Shown here in pieces: positions 19,276 to 29,069 of a DNA stretch of 64,000 nucleotides. The number at the start of each line of letters is the position of its first letter. The stretch's first letter is position 1. Both the position numbers and the translations under genes were made by a program. The DNA lies in NCBI GenBank assembly GCA_965198515.1, contig CBDAPO010000005.1, positions 240,896-304,895 on the forward strand. Direction: 5' to 3'. The stretch comes from Granulicella sp. (GTDB lineage Bacteria > Acidobacteriota > Terriglobia > Terriglobales > Acidobacteriaceae). A model generated the notes under the pieces. That model saw only the letters and a program-made list of their open reading frames with translations, was not told the DNA's origin and searched no databases.

Positions 19276-19956
19276 CTATTCCCGTACTTCCGTTCTCCGC
19301 GGCAGTACGCCTGCCGGCACAGATACAGTGTTCTGCCAATCAACCTGGAAGCTGCCGGTGTAGCCGAACAGCTTGCCCCAGCGCCGGTTGCTCACCACGA
19401 CCTCAATGCGAAAGCAGCCGGCATCATCGTCATACCATTCGCATACCTCGGCCACGCCGCTGAACAGCATGGGAAAGCGAAACGCAACTCGCCCTTCATA
19501 GAAGCGCTGCTCCCCGGAACGAAGCCGCATGCCGCCGTTAGGCGCGACGCTCATGTCGATATCCACCGCGAGATGCTGATGCGTTCCCAGGTAGTCCACA
19601 ATCTTGCCGCGCTGTTCGCTGTAGATCATGTAGGCGTCAAAGCGGCGTCGCCGGCCGACCTCAAAGGTGCGGAGCCACGTCACCGTTTCGCGCCCAAGCG
19701 CATCCTTGTAGGCATAGTTCTGGATGGTGAACGGCACCGCATGGCCGCGCTCCGGAAACATGATCGCGCGCCATGTGCCGATCCACAGAAACGGCAACGT
19801 GAACCAGCGACCATGCCACACGCGCTCCATGGTGCCGCGCCCAATCGCACCGATTCCGGCCGTGGAATCAAAGCCGAAACGGCGCTGAATCATGGGGTGC
19901 AGCTTCTGAAACTCATCGTGTCCGAGAACGCGCTCATAGATCGAACGGAAAGCCAT
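19276..19956 (-). CDS. DUF4166 domain protein (YndH-like)
   Basis: FQKLHPMIQRRF, VPFTIQNY, DYLGTH, NRRWGKLFGYTGSF. Confidence 0.8.
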   Translation of the reverse strand: MAFRSIYERVLGHDEFQKLHPMIQRRFGFDSTAGIGAIGRGTMERVWHGRWFTLPFLWIGTWRAIMFPERGHAVPFTIQNYAYKDALGRETVTWLRTFEVGRRRRFDAYMIYSEQRGKIVDYLGTHQHLAVDIDMSVAPNGGMRLRSGEQRFYEGRVAFRFPMLFSGVAEVCEWYDDDAGCFRIEVVVSNRRWGKLFGYTGSFQVDWQNTVSVPAGVLPRRTEVRE

Positions 19957-19968
19957 CAGGGTTGGGCC

Positions 19969-20874
19969 TCAGCCGAGTGGGACAGGTGGTTTGCGCAGGC
20001 AGCGTGTGGCAAACGCGGTGTAGCGCCACGCGAGCCAGCCAATGACGCTCAGGGTAAAGACGCCAAGGTTCAGCGTCACAGGGTTGAAAGCAGCCTGGAG
20101 ATACGCAGGCGAGGAGTGCGCCACCGCCACGGTCGCGAACACCATCGCTGCGGCACTCAGCAGCAGGTACGCCCGCCATCGCCATAGCAGCAGTCCAGCC
20201 AGGCCGATCAGCACCTCGGCCGTGCCCACCACGGGCAGCCATGCATCGGAAAGGCCGGAGTTGTGCAGCATCGTGAGCTCGTCGCCGTTGTGGAACAACA
20301 GCTTGGGGATCAGCCCATGCCACAGCCAGACGAACACGACGGCAAGACGGGCAAGCGTGTAGATGGTGCTGCACGTTCTTACCAACTCAGGCGGCACATC
20401 CTCATCCACCCAGAAGCGCAGCCGGTCGAAGCTCCACGCCGTGGCCCAGCCAATCAGCGGACGAAAGACAAGGTCAGCAGCACGACCAGAGAAGCCAAAG
20501 CGCGTGCGGTAGTCATACCAGGTGAAGAATCGCGTTGTGCCGGTGGCTGAAACGGGGACGTACTTCCAATAACCGCTGCCTTCTTCGATCAGCGACAACT
20601 TCGAAGCTGACCAGAAGCGCAGGGAAGAGGTGCGCACGCTCTGCGGTCCCTCCCGTGTAGCGATCGACTCACCCGTGCCAACGATCGCCCCGCCGAAACC
20701 GATGCGCGTGGCATAGGTAAATCGCTGCGGCTCGCTCTCATGGGCGCGAGGCAGATAGGTAATCTTGGAGAATCGCAGGTCCCAGCGTTGATGAAGAGCC
20801 GGGTCCTGCGTCAATTCCCACAGCCGCTCGAGTGAGCCGCGCATGCCCGCCTCAACGTACAGCCCACTGCCCAT
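19969..20874 (-). CDS. SRPBCC-like plus DoxX-like membrane protein (YndG-like)
   Basis: LWELTQDPALHQRWDLRFS N-domain; VWLWHGLIPKL and FNPVTLN DoxX-like C-domain. Confidence 0.8.
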   Translation of the reverse strand: MGSGLYVEAGMRGSLERLWELTQDPALHQRWDLRFSKITYLPRAHESEPQRFTYATRIGFGGAIVGTGESIATREGPQSVRTSSLRFWSASKLSLIEEGSGYWKYVPVSATGTTRFFTWYDYRTRFGFSGRAADLVFRPLIGWATAWSFDRLRFWVDEDVPPELVRTCSTIYTLARLAVVFVWLWHGLIPKLLFHNGDELTMLHNSGLSDAWLPVVGTAEVLIGLAGLLLWRWRAYLLLSAAAMVFATVAVAHSSPAYLQAAFNPVTLNLGVFTLSVIGWLAWRYTAFATRCLRKPPVPLG

Positions 20875-20928
20875 GGCAGCAGCCTAGCACCTGGGCTGCA
20901 GGGCTCTACCACCGCATTGAAAAGACCC

Positions 20929-22998
20929 TTAGTCCTCCGTTGATTCGCCGGGCGTTTCCGGGTTGGCTTCGGCACTTGTGAGTGCGTCCGCTGAAGTTTC
21001 ACTCTCTGAGATCTGCGCCGGGGCAAAGGGATGCGGCGCCGTGGGACCTTCGCCGAGGCTTTCGCCAGCCGCGGCCATCGTCTTGCCGCCGATCGCGCCG
21101 CTCACCGCGGAGTCCATCATCAGCTCCGCCAGGCGTCGCGTCTTCTTGTCCAGCTGCTCAATCGAGTTGCGAATGATGCGGTAGTCATTACCGGTCAGCG
21201 AAGCTTTCAGGTCCAGCGTCGCAGCCTTGATCTGTTCGTGTTCGATGGAGGTCAACTGCTGCCATACGGGCTGCGCCATAGCCTTTTCTACGGCGTCGTA
21301 GATCGTTTGCCCCTCGTTCTTGGCCTCGATTACCTGCCGTTCATGCAAGTCCTGTTCTGCCATGTCGAAGCTCTCCAGAATCATCGATTCCACTTGCTCG
21401 TCGGTGAGGCCGTAGGTGGGTTTCACCTCCACCTGGGCCTCCTGGCCGCTGCGCTGCTCCCGTGCGCTGACATGAAGGATGCCGTTCGCGTCGATCAGGA
21501 ACTTGACCTCGATACGCGGCAGGCCGGCGACCATGGGCGGAATGCCTTTGAGATCAAACCGGGCAAGCGAGCGGCAATCTTTCGCCAACTCGCGCTCACC
21601 CTGCAGGACGTGGATGGCCACATTGGTCTGCCCATCGACGCCCGTGGTGAAGTGCTCCGTCGCGCTGGCCGGGATGGTGGAGTTGCGCTGGATGATCTTC
21701 GCCACCACGCCGCCCAACGCTTCAATGCCAAGCGATAGTGGAGTCACGTCCAGCAGCAATAGTTCGTCCGTCGCCGCGTTTTCTGTCCCGGAAAGAATCT
21801 GCGCCTGCACCGCCGCACCGAGTGCAACGACCTCATCAGGATTCAACTCCGTATGCAGAGTTTTGCCACGCGCCTCCAAATCGAAGAGCTTGGCCACCAG
21901 CGCGCGCACAGCGGGAATGCGCGTCGAGCCACCGACCATCACGACTTCGTCGATCTGTTCAGGCGTCAGCTGTGCATCCTTCAGCGCCTGCCGTACAGGC
22001 CCTGCGGTGCGCTCGATCACGCTCGCCGCCAGGCCCTCAAATTGCTCCCGTGTAATTTCACGCAGGTACTGCTTGCCCTCGCCCTTTTGCTTGTCATTCC
22101 CGAAGGGAATCTCCGTTTGCGCCGAACCCGCAGGAATCTCAAGCTGAATCCGCGCACTCCCCTGCGACGACAACGCAATCTTTGCCTCGATGACTGCCTT
22201 GCGCAGAGCCTGGATCACCTCGGGCTGGCCGCTCACATCGACGCCCAGGTCACCCTTGATGTCGTCCAGCGCCACAGCCGTCAGCAGGTTGTCGATGTCG
22301 TCGCCGCCAAGGTGCGTATCCCCACCCGTAGCGATGACCTCGAAGATGCCCTCATGCAGCTTCAGGATGGAGATATCGAACGTTCCGCCGCCGAAGTCAT
22401 ACACCGCGATCACGCCGTCTTTGCCGCCATGCAACTTGTCCAGACCATAGGCCAGCGCCGCTGCCGTGGGCTCGTTCACCAGGCGCAATACTTCCAGCCC
22501 GGCAATGCGACCGGCGTCCTTGGTGGCTTGCCGTTGCGCATCGTTGAAGTACGCCGGCACGGTGATGACCGCCTTCGTCACCGGCCCGCCAAAGAAGCGT
22601 TCGGCGTTGCGTTTCAACTGCAGCAGGACATAGGCCGAAACCTCCGGCGGCGTCAGCGTCAGGCCGCCGACGTTGAGCTTCAACACCTCACCCGCCTGCA
22701 GGCCCCTGGCAAGCTTGAACGGGAACAACTTCAGCTCCGGCTCCACGTCAGTGAGGTCGCGGCCCATCAGGCGCTTGACGCTGTACACCGCGTTCTCCGG
22801 CTTGGTCAGCAGCACATCGCGCGCCGCATTGCCCACAGCAAAACCCTGCTCCGTGTCCTGATCGAATGCGACGACGCTGGGCACAATGGGCGAGCCGTCT
22901 TCGCCGGGGATGACCGCCGGCTGGTCGCCCTGCATGAATGCTACGAGCGAGTTGGTGGTACCAAGATCGATGCCGACGACGCGCTGCTGTTCTGCCAC
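20929..22998 (-). CDS. hscA: Fe-S assembly chaperone HscA (Hsp70)
   Basis: [50 protein letters not shown]; near fdx; ~16-aa insert in subdomain IIB. Confidence 0.88.
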   Translation of the reverse strand: MAEQQRVVGIDLGTTNSLVAFMQGDQPAVIPGEDGSPIVPSVVAFDQDTEQGFAVGNAARDVLLTKPENAVYSVKRLMGRDLTDVEPELKLFPFKLARGLQAGEVLKLNVGGLTLTPPEVSAYVLLQLKRNAERFFGGPVTKAVITVPAYFNDAQRQATKDAGRIAGLEVLRLVNEPTAAALAYGLDKLHGGKDGVIAVYDFGGGTFDISILKLHEGIFEVIATGGDTHLGGDDIDNLLTAVALDDIKGDLGVDVSGQPEVIQALRKAVIEAKIALSSQGSARIQLEIPAGSAQTEIPFGNDKQKGEGKQYLREITREQFEGLAASVIERTAGPVRQALKDAQLTPEQIDEVVMVGGSTRIPAVRALVAKLFDLEARGKTLHTELNPDEVVALGAAVQAQILSGTENAATDELLLLDVTPLSLGIEALGGVVAKIIQRNSTIPASATEHFTTGVDGQTNVAIHVLQGERELAKDCRSLARFDLKGIPPMVAGLPRIEVKFLIDANGILHVSAREQRSGQEAQVEVKPTYGLTDEQVESMILESFDMAEQDLHERQVIEAKNEGQTIYDAVEKAMAQPVWQQLTSIEHEQIKAATLDLKASLTGNDYRIIRNSIEQLDKKTRRLAELMMDSAVSGAIGGKTMAAAGESLGEGPTAPHPFAPAQISESETSADALTSAEANPETPGESTED
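22087..22112. repeat. REP-like palindrome inside hscA coding sequence
   Basis: TGTC-ATTCCC-GAA-GGGAAT-CT (hairpin 22096-22110); sister copy at 63470-63488 in opposite orientation. Confidence 0.75.
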
Positions 22999-23208
22999 AA
23001 GTTGCTCCTGACGGGCAAACGGATGCCCGCTTCTATTGTCCTACCTCAACCGAATCCTCTGTACAGATGCCCCGGGCGCGCAGGATGATGCTGGCCAAAC
23101 CACAACGATGCGGTCGCGATCCGCTACGCGTCTTAGGATTCGGAGCCAATACAGCCTCTGGACGGCACCGGAGCCAGCAGTGTCGGACGAATCCGCATCC
23201 AATGACGC

Positions 23209-23715
23209 ATGAGCGAAGAGAAAGCCCGCCCATATGTGCATCTGCTGGAAGGCCGCAACCCGGCTGAGGTGCTGCGCGCCACACCGTCACGCCTGATCAA
23301 GGTGCTTACCGCGTTGCCACCCGAAACCATCGAGCACAAACCCGCGCCGCACAAGTGGAGCATCCGCGAAATCCTGTGCCACATGACGGACTGTGAGGTC
23401 GCCTGGGCCTGGCGCCTGCGCGCCGTCTATGGCGCCGACAACCCCACGCTGCAGCCCTTTGAGCAGGACGCCTGGGCACGCGCCTATGACGGCGTGGAGT
23501 ACACCACAGAAGCTGCCCGCTCCACATGGGTGCCCCTGCGCCGCTGGAACGTTGCCTTGATCGACGGGCTGACCGAGGCGGACAAGCTCCGTCCCGCAAC
23601 ACATCCTGAGCTGGGCAACATCACGCTCTGGAACATCGTGGAGATCGCCGCCGGCCACGACCTGCATCACCTGAGCGCGCTCGAAAAACTCGTGCCCAAC
23701 GCTGGGCCGCAGTAG
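23209..23715 (+). CDS. DinB family protein (thiol transferase-like)
   Basis: KWSIREILCHMTDCE, AGHDLHH metal-binding His. Confidence 0.88.
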   Translation: MSEEKARPYVHLLEGRNPAEVLRATPSRLIKVLTALPPETIEHKPAPHKWSIREILCHMTDCEVAWAWRLRAVYGADNPTLQPFEQDAWARAYDGVEYTTEAARSTWVPLRRWNVALIDGLTEADKLRPATHPELGNITLWNIVEIAAGHDLHHLSALEKLVPNAGPQ

Positions 23716-23719
23716 CGGC

Positions 23720-24916
23720 TCAAAGTGCGGGGTCGATGCGCGCCTGCAGGTCAAGCGCAGGGAGCTTCGCATGCTGTTGCGCCCGGCCTTCCCGCAACCG
23801 CAGGAACGGCCGCTCCACACCTACGTACAGCAGCCCTGCCACACCGAGGCACGCGCTGAAGTACACGGGCAACATCCAGTATGTTTGGCTGGGTAGCCTG
23901 GGGAACAGCGTCAACAGCAGGTGCACGGCTTCCTTGTGCGTGAGATACAGGCTGAACGCCAGCGTAGCCAACAGGCGCGTGCCCGGGATGCGGACGCGCG
24001 CCAACAGGCCATTGGCGCTCAGGGCGGAAACCGTCAGCAGCGCAAAGCCGAGAGCCAGCATCGGGTAGCCTACGAGATCCGCTGTGACAGCTCTGGTTGA
24101 GAGCGAGTTAAAGCGGGGCAACATCAGCCATGCGGTCGCGCCCAGCAGCGCAAGGCCGCCGAAGGCCATCAGATGTCCGCGCCGATGCAGGGCTGCCCAC
24201 CAATGCGGGCGAAAGGCACGTACCAGCGCCAGCGACACGCCCGCAAGCAGACCGTCCAGGCGCACATAGGTCGGGTAGTACATGGTCTCGATGTACCGTG
24301 TGCTGAAGTGTTCATCGTCCACACCCAGAGGCCGCAGGACGTGCGACACGACGTGTGCGCGCATGCCTATGCCAAAGACCAGCACCCCGATCAGGACCGC
24401 GTACACCTTCCAGGCGGCAGGGCGCCGCATCAGCAGTACCGTAAGCAACGGCAACAGCAGGTAGAAGTGCTCTTCAACGCACAAAGACCACGCATGCGAG
24501 AACGCCTGGTTCTTGCCGTAATCAATGAGCAGGTTTTCCGTAAAGGTCGCGAACTGCCACCAGCTTTGCAGCCCCGGCGCTTCACGCCAAACCGGCACAA
24601 ACATATACAACAGCAGAACCGTAAAGAAGGCAGGCAGAATGCGGTAAGCCCGCCTGACGTAGAAGTCGCGAATGTCCATTGAGCCGCCCTGCAAATATGG
24701 CCGCAACATCTGCGAGCCGATCAGAAAACCGCTCAGCACGAAGAACAGATCCACGCCCATCCAGCCAAAACGAGCGGGGAAGTGCAATGGTTCCGGGAAG
24801 TAGCTGATCAGGTGGTACGGCATTACCCAAAGAATCGCCAGCGCGCGCAGCGTGTCCAGGCCATGGAGACGTGCGGGCGCGCTCCGTTGCTGCGTGCTAT
24901 CGTTCGGGATCATCAT
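23720..24916 (-). CDS. Acyltransferase family 3 (OafA-like membrane O-acyltransferase)
   Basis: LDTLRALAI, GVDLFFVLSGFLI, FYVRRAYRILP, HAWSLCVEEHFY. Confidence 0.92.
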   Translation of the reverse strand: MMIPNDSTQQRSAPARLHGLDTLRALAILWVMPYHLISYFPEPLHFPARFGWMGVDLFFVLSGFLIGSQMLRPYLQGGSMDIRDFYVRRAYRILPAFFTVLLLYMFVPVWREAPGLQSWWQFATFTENLLIDYGKNQAFSHAWSLCVEEHFYLLLPLLTVLLMRRPAAWKVYAVLIGVLVFGIGMRAHVVSHVLRPLGVDDEHFSTRYIETMYYPTYVRLDGLLAGVSLALVRAFRPHWWAALHRRGHLMAFGGLALLGATAWLMLPRFNSLSTRAVTADLVGYPMLALGFALLTVSALSANGLLARVRIPGTRLLATLAFSLYLTHKEAVHLLLTLFPRLPSQTYWMLPVYFSACLGVAGLLYVGVERPFLRLREGRAQQHAKLPALDLQARIDPAL

Positions 24917-25830
24917 CGCGCCGGTCCCCGTTCCGCTGCTTTCGACTCTTTTAAATACACCTGCTCAAACGCCTGCTGGGCCCGCGCGACGGCTTGCTGG
25001 TATCCATCCGGGTCAATCCAGACGCGATCGCCTTCGGCGGGCATCCGCTTGAGCTTCGCCAACATGTCGAAGAGGCTGCCGTGTGAAGCGAGAAACACAT
25101 CGCAAGGCAACCGGTGCAGGGTCGCAAAGGCCGTGGTGAAGTCGCTCGCAATGCCCGGGTAGGACGCTGGCCTGCCCCCATGCACGCTCAGCAGCCGGTA
25201 CTCGGAAAGCACACTCCAGCTACCCACGATCACTACGTTGCGCAACGTGTTCGCGGGTTCTCCGGGCATGTGAACCTGCATGGTCCAGGTGGTGCACCCG
25301 CGAGTATGGCCCGGTGTTCTGTGGGCGACCAGCGTCACGCCGCCCAGGGTCACAGCCTCGCCATCATGCAGAACATGGTCCACGCGTGCGGGTGGGAACT
25401 GCAGCGCCTTGTTGGGGCCGCCAAAAGCGAAGTCGGTCTTACCCCCGCTTTCCATCACGTCGACGTCGCCATCCATCACTTCGAGCTTTGCGCCCGTTTC
25501 GCGCAGGATCTCCGCCGCGCCGCCCGCGTGGTCCACGTGGGCGTGGCTGATCAGCAAGATTTTTACGTCCTTCCAGCGAAAGCCGAGCTTTTCCACGCTG
25601 CGGCGAATCAGCGGCGGGGAACTGGTGTAGTTGGCATTGACGAGGATGTCGCCCTGCGGCGTCGTGACCAGGTACGCCGCGAGATCGCGGCTGCCCACGT
25701 AGTAGAGGTTGTCTGCAATGCGGAACGGCGCGATGGGGATCGTCCAATCCGCGTTCACCGCCGCGCAGCGGGGCAGAGCTAGCAGGGCCAGCAAAAACAG
25801 GAGCGCAGCATGGATCGCACGGGTCGGCAT
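24913..25830 (-). CDS. bla: Subclass B3 metallo-beta-lactamase
   Basis: Signal peptide; SHAHVDHAGG (HxHxDH), TPGHTRGC, FLASHG; PFRIADNLYYVG N-terminal motif. Confidence 0.85.
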   Translation of the reverse strand: MPTRAIHAALLFLLALLALPRCAAVNADWTIPIAPFRIADNLYYVGSRDLAAYLVTTPQGDILVNANYTSSPPLIRRSVEKLGFRWKDVKILLISHAHVDHAGGAAEILRETGAKLEVMDGDVDVMESGGKTDFAFGGPNKALQFPPARVDHVLHDGEAVTLGGVTLVAHRTPGHTRGCTTWTMQVHMPGEPANTLRNVVIVGSWSVLSEYRLLSVHGGRPASYPGIASDFTTAFATLHRLPCDVFLASHGSLFDMLAKLKRMPAEGDRVWIDPDGYQQAVARAQQAFEQVYLKESKAAERGPAR

Positions 25831-25920
25831 CTATGCACAGCTTTACCAGAGCATCCTCTGCAACCCCTGTGCAGCGAACCGATCTGGTTACGTCGAAGGG
25901 CGTGCCGGCACCCTGCCGGG

Positions 25921-26280
25921 CTACATCAGGCGAAAGCGCTCCCGCATGAGGCGCTGAAATCGTGGCCGCCAGATGAGGTCGTAGGCGAGCTCCTTGCCGG
26001 GGAACATCGACAGCGCGGCTGTGCGGGCGTCCGCCACCATGGCGGCGGCCTCGTCATAGCTGAGCGTGTTGTCCTGCGCGATGACGCCCATGACCATGTT
26101 CATCATCATCTGGAGCCGCCGCAGCAGCTTGGCCTCTTCCCGGGCATCCTCCGCACTTTGCGGTGGGCTGTTGGCATCGGTGAGGTGGTCCGTGAGGCTG
26201 TCTGCGGTCTGGGCTGAGGTGGTGTTGTCAGCCGCTTTCAGGGTCGTTTCTGGATCTTTGCGCACCTCGCTCACCTGCAC
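25921..26280 (-). CDS. Small helical hypothetical protein
   Basis: 119-aa ORF directly downstream of comEC with an amphipathic helical C-half. Confidence 0.75.
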   Translation of the reverse strand: MQVSEVRKDPETTLKAADNTTSAQTADSLTDHLTDANSPPQSAEDAREEAKLLRRLQMMMNMVMGVIAQDNTLSYDEAAAMVADARTAALSMFPGKELAYDLIWRPRFQRLMRERFRLM

Positions 26281-26304
26281 CTCCGTCCCGGGTCTCCGGT
26301 GAAG

Positions 26305-29022
26305 CTAGTTATACGCCCGCTCCGCCGTGACGGTGCCGTCCGGGTGCAGCAGGAGCGTCTCCGCTCCCATCCTGTCCGTGCGATAGGTCTTTACGTGCGC
26401 TGCCTCCAGCCGGTCCAGAACCTCCCACCGTGGATGCCCAAAGGTATTGTGTTGGCCCACGCTGATCAGGGCAGCCTTGGGCGCTACGGCGGCGAGAAAC
26501 TCAGGGTTGGTCGACGTTCGACTCCCATGATGTCCCACCTTCAGCAGCGTCACTGGCTGCAGGCGTCCACTGGCCACCATGGCTGCTTCGCTTGGCGCTT
26601 CGGCGTCGCCTTCCAGCAGCACGCTGGCCCGTTGCCAGTCCAGCCGCATCACCAGGGAGTCGTCGTTGCGCGCCTCGCCGTAGTTCGCATAGCCACGCTG
26701 CGGAGAAAGAACCGTGGCCTGCATGCCTCCCCAATGGAGTTCGTCTCCGGCGGCCAGCCAGCGAACCTGGACCCCCAAGTGGTCCGCTTCGGCCAGCAGA
26801 TCGCGCATGGCTGACGATTTGCCAGGCTCCAGGCTCAGCCAAAGCTCCCGTGGACGCAGGTCACGCAGCACCGCGGGCATGCCGCCGATGTGGTCACTGT
26901 GCCCGTGGGTGACCACAACGGCGTCCAGCCGGCGCAGATGGCGCGACCAGAGAAAGGGAGCCACCACCTGCTCGCCGACGTCCCACTTGGTCGCGATGCG
27001 GCCGACAGGACCGCCGGCGTCCACCAGCATCGTGCGGCCTTCGGGCGAGACGACAAGCACGGAGTCGCCCTGGCCGACGTCAATCGCGGTCACCTCCAGC
27101 ACGCCCGGGTGCACGTAGGCGGGTGCCGGCCACACCGCCGCAACCGGCACACACAGCGCCGCTGCCAGGCCACCCCAGGCCAGTGTCGGCCGCCGCGCGC
27201 GCAGTCCCCAGATGGCGAAGGCCGCCAAAGCCCCGCAAACAAGGACGCAGACTGTTGGCGGCGAAGGCACCCGGAGGTCACCCAGCCTTGCGTGGCCTAA
27301 CGCGCCGACAACAGCACGCACCAGGTGCAGCACGGCCGCGGTCACGATGGCGGGAGCAACGGCCAGCCATGGGCCGAGCAGGCCCAGCACAAAGGTCAGC
27401 ACCGCAGCGCCGGCCAGCAACATCGCAAGCGGCGCAACAAACAGGTTGCCGGGCAGCGCCAGGGGCACCAGGCGATGAAAGTACACCGCCATCGGCAGTG
27501 CCATGCACAGCTCAATGGCCGCCGAGAACAGCAGGGCTTGCGCGACGGTGATTGCCAGTTGGACGCAGAGGCGTGGAAGAGCCGCGGCCCAGCGTTTGCC
27601 GGCAAGGTCGCGGCAAACCGAGCCCCACATGCGCAGTTGCACCCGGCGCGCACCGACCGTTGGGGGCAGGAAGGCATCCAGCTCGACCACGTGCAGGCGC
27701 GCCGCCGCGGAGCGCCATGAGCCGAGCCACCGCTCCCCCAAGGGCACGGCCAAGCCGGCGACGGCGAGGATGACCAGCGAGGTCATCTGGAAGCTGGCTT
27801 CGTACAACGCGCGTGGGTCGGCTACCAGGATCAGCAGCGCGGCCACGCCAAGGGCGTTCAGCCCTGATCCTTGCCGGTCCAGGGCTCGCGCAATCAGGTA
27901 CAGCGAGCTCATTGCCAGGGCGCGCTGGGCGGGCACGCCGAAGCCAGTCAGAAGCGCGTACCCGAGCGCAAGGACGATCGTCACGGCAACCGAAGGGACC
28001 TCCGGCACGCGTGCCCGCCGAAGCAGCCAGAAAAGCGCCCCGGTCAGCATCGCCACGTGAAGCCCGGAGACGACAAAGAGGTGAAAGGTGCCGGTACGTT
28101 CGAAGCCGGCGCGCTGCTCTGCGCCCAGCTGGGTGCGATCGCCAAACAGCATCGCGGCGAGCATGCCGGTGTCCTCTGGCGTAAGCCGGAGCGGCCCGGG
28201 AAGACTGCGAATTGGGGATTGTCCGGGCAGAGCTTCCAGACGCGTCGCAGCCCAGTGCTGCCATTCGCCCAGCCGGCACCGCAGGCCGGGCGCACGCGTT
28301 TCCAGCACACGGACCGTGGTGACTTTGGACGTTCCGGTCGCGCCTACACCTTGCCCCAGAAGCCAGTCCGCGTAGGAGAAGGCTCCAGGATCGCGGTAGA
28401 TCTCCGGTTCGCGAAGGCGCACCGGAGCTTCGATGACGTCGCCGCAATGTAGCGGAACAGCGCCGCCCACCACGGTCAATCGGAGGCCACCCTGCACGGG
28501 GTCCATCACCGAAACATCCGGTGTGACTCGCTCCACCGCATCCAGCACGAGATCGACGCTCTGAATCGCGGCGGCACCGTCGGTTTCCCACCCACCCGGT
28601 TCTACCTGCCACGGTTCCAGCGGCTGCACGGGGGCACCCTGCACAGGTTTGACCTCGCGGAGCGAACGGACCGAGGTGACCCGGCCACGCACCGTTCGGC
28701 TCAGGCCGTCGGCGTAGCCGTGCACCGCGAATTGGCGGTCGATGGGCGTTTGCACCTGCGCACACCAGCAGCCCACGGCCGTCCAGAGTCCAAGAATGAC
28801 CAGCCACGATGCGCGCTTCGCCCACCGCTGGCTCGCGAAAAAAAGCCCCAGCAGGGCAAGAAGGCTCAGCAGCAGGCCCAGGGGCCCATGCCATTGCCGC
28901 GCACACAGGATGCCGCCCGCAAACGCCAGCGCGGCCAGCAGCATCGGCACGCCACGGGTGCGCAGCGGCTCCACGGGCGGACGCCCGCTCATCCAAAATG
29001 TGGCAGCACCAAAGCTCGGCAT
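26305..29022 (-). CDS. comEC: ComEC/Rec2 competence protein
   Basis: GTFHLFVVSGLHV competence domain; C-terminal MBL fold IDVGQGDS, THGHSDHIGG, LKVGHHGS. Confidence 0.93.
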   Translation of the reverse strand: MPSFGAATFWMSGRPPVEPLRTRGVPMLLAALAFAGGILCARQWHGPLGLLLSLLALLGLFFASQRWAKRASWLVILGLWTAVGCWCAQVQTPIDRQFAVHGYADGLSRTVRGRVTSVRSLREVKPVQGAPVQPLEPWQVEPGGWETDGAAAIQSVDLVLDAVERVTPDVSVMDPVQGGLRLTVVGGAVPLHCGDVIEAPVRLREPEIYRDPGAFSYADWLLGQGVGATGTSKVTTVRVLETRAPGLRCRLGEWQHWAATRLEALPGQSPIRSLPGPLRLTPEDTGMLAAMLFGDRTQLGAEQRAGFERTGTFHLFVVSGLHVAMLTGALFWLLRRARVPEVPSVAVTIVLALGYALLTGFGVPAQRALAMSSLYLIARALDRQGSGLNALGVAALLILVADPRALYEASFQMTSLVILAVAGLAVPLGERWLGSWRSAAARLHVVELDAFLPPTVGARRVQLRMWGSVCRDLAGKRWAAALPRLCVQLAITVAQALLFSAAIELCMALPMAVYFHRLVPLALPGNLFVAPLAMLLAGAAVLTFVLGLLGPWLAVAPAIVTAAVLHLVRAVVGALGHARLGDLRVPSPPTVCVLVCGALAAFAIWGLRARRPTLAWGGLAAALCVPVAAVWPAPAYVHPGVLEVTAIDVGQGDSVLVVSPEGRTMLVDAGGPVGRIATKWDVGEQVVAPFLWSRHLRRLDAVVVTHGHSDHIGGMPAVLRDLRPRELWLSLEPGKSSAMRDLLAEADHLGVQVRWLAAGDELHWGGMQATVLSPQRGYANYGEARNDDSLVMRLDWQRASVLLEGDAEAPSEAAMVASGRLQPVTLLKVGHHGSRTSTNPEFLAAVAPKAALISVGQHNTFGHPRWEVLDRLEAAHVKTYRTDRMGAETLLLHPDGTVTAERAYN

Positions 29023-29069
29023 GGGAAGCGCTACCCTCGCCCCCTTGCGGAGGCGAGATCGACTGCTTC

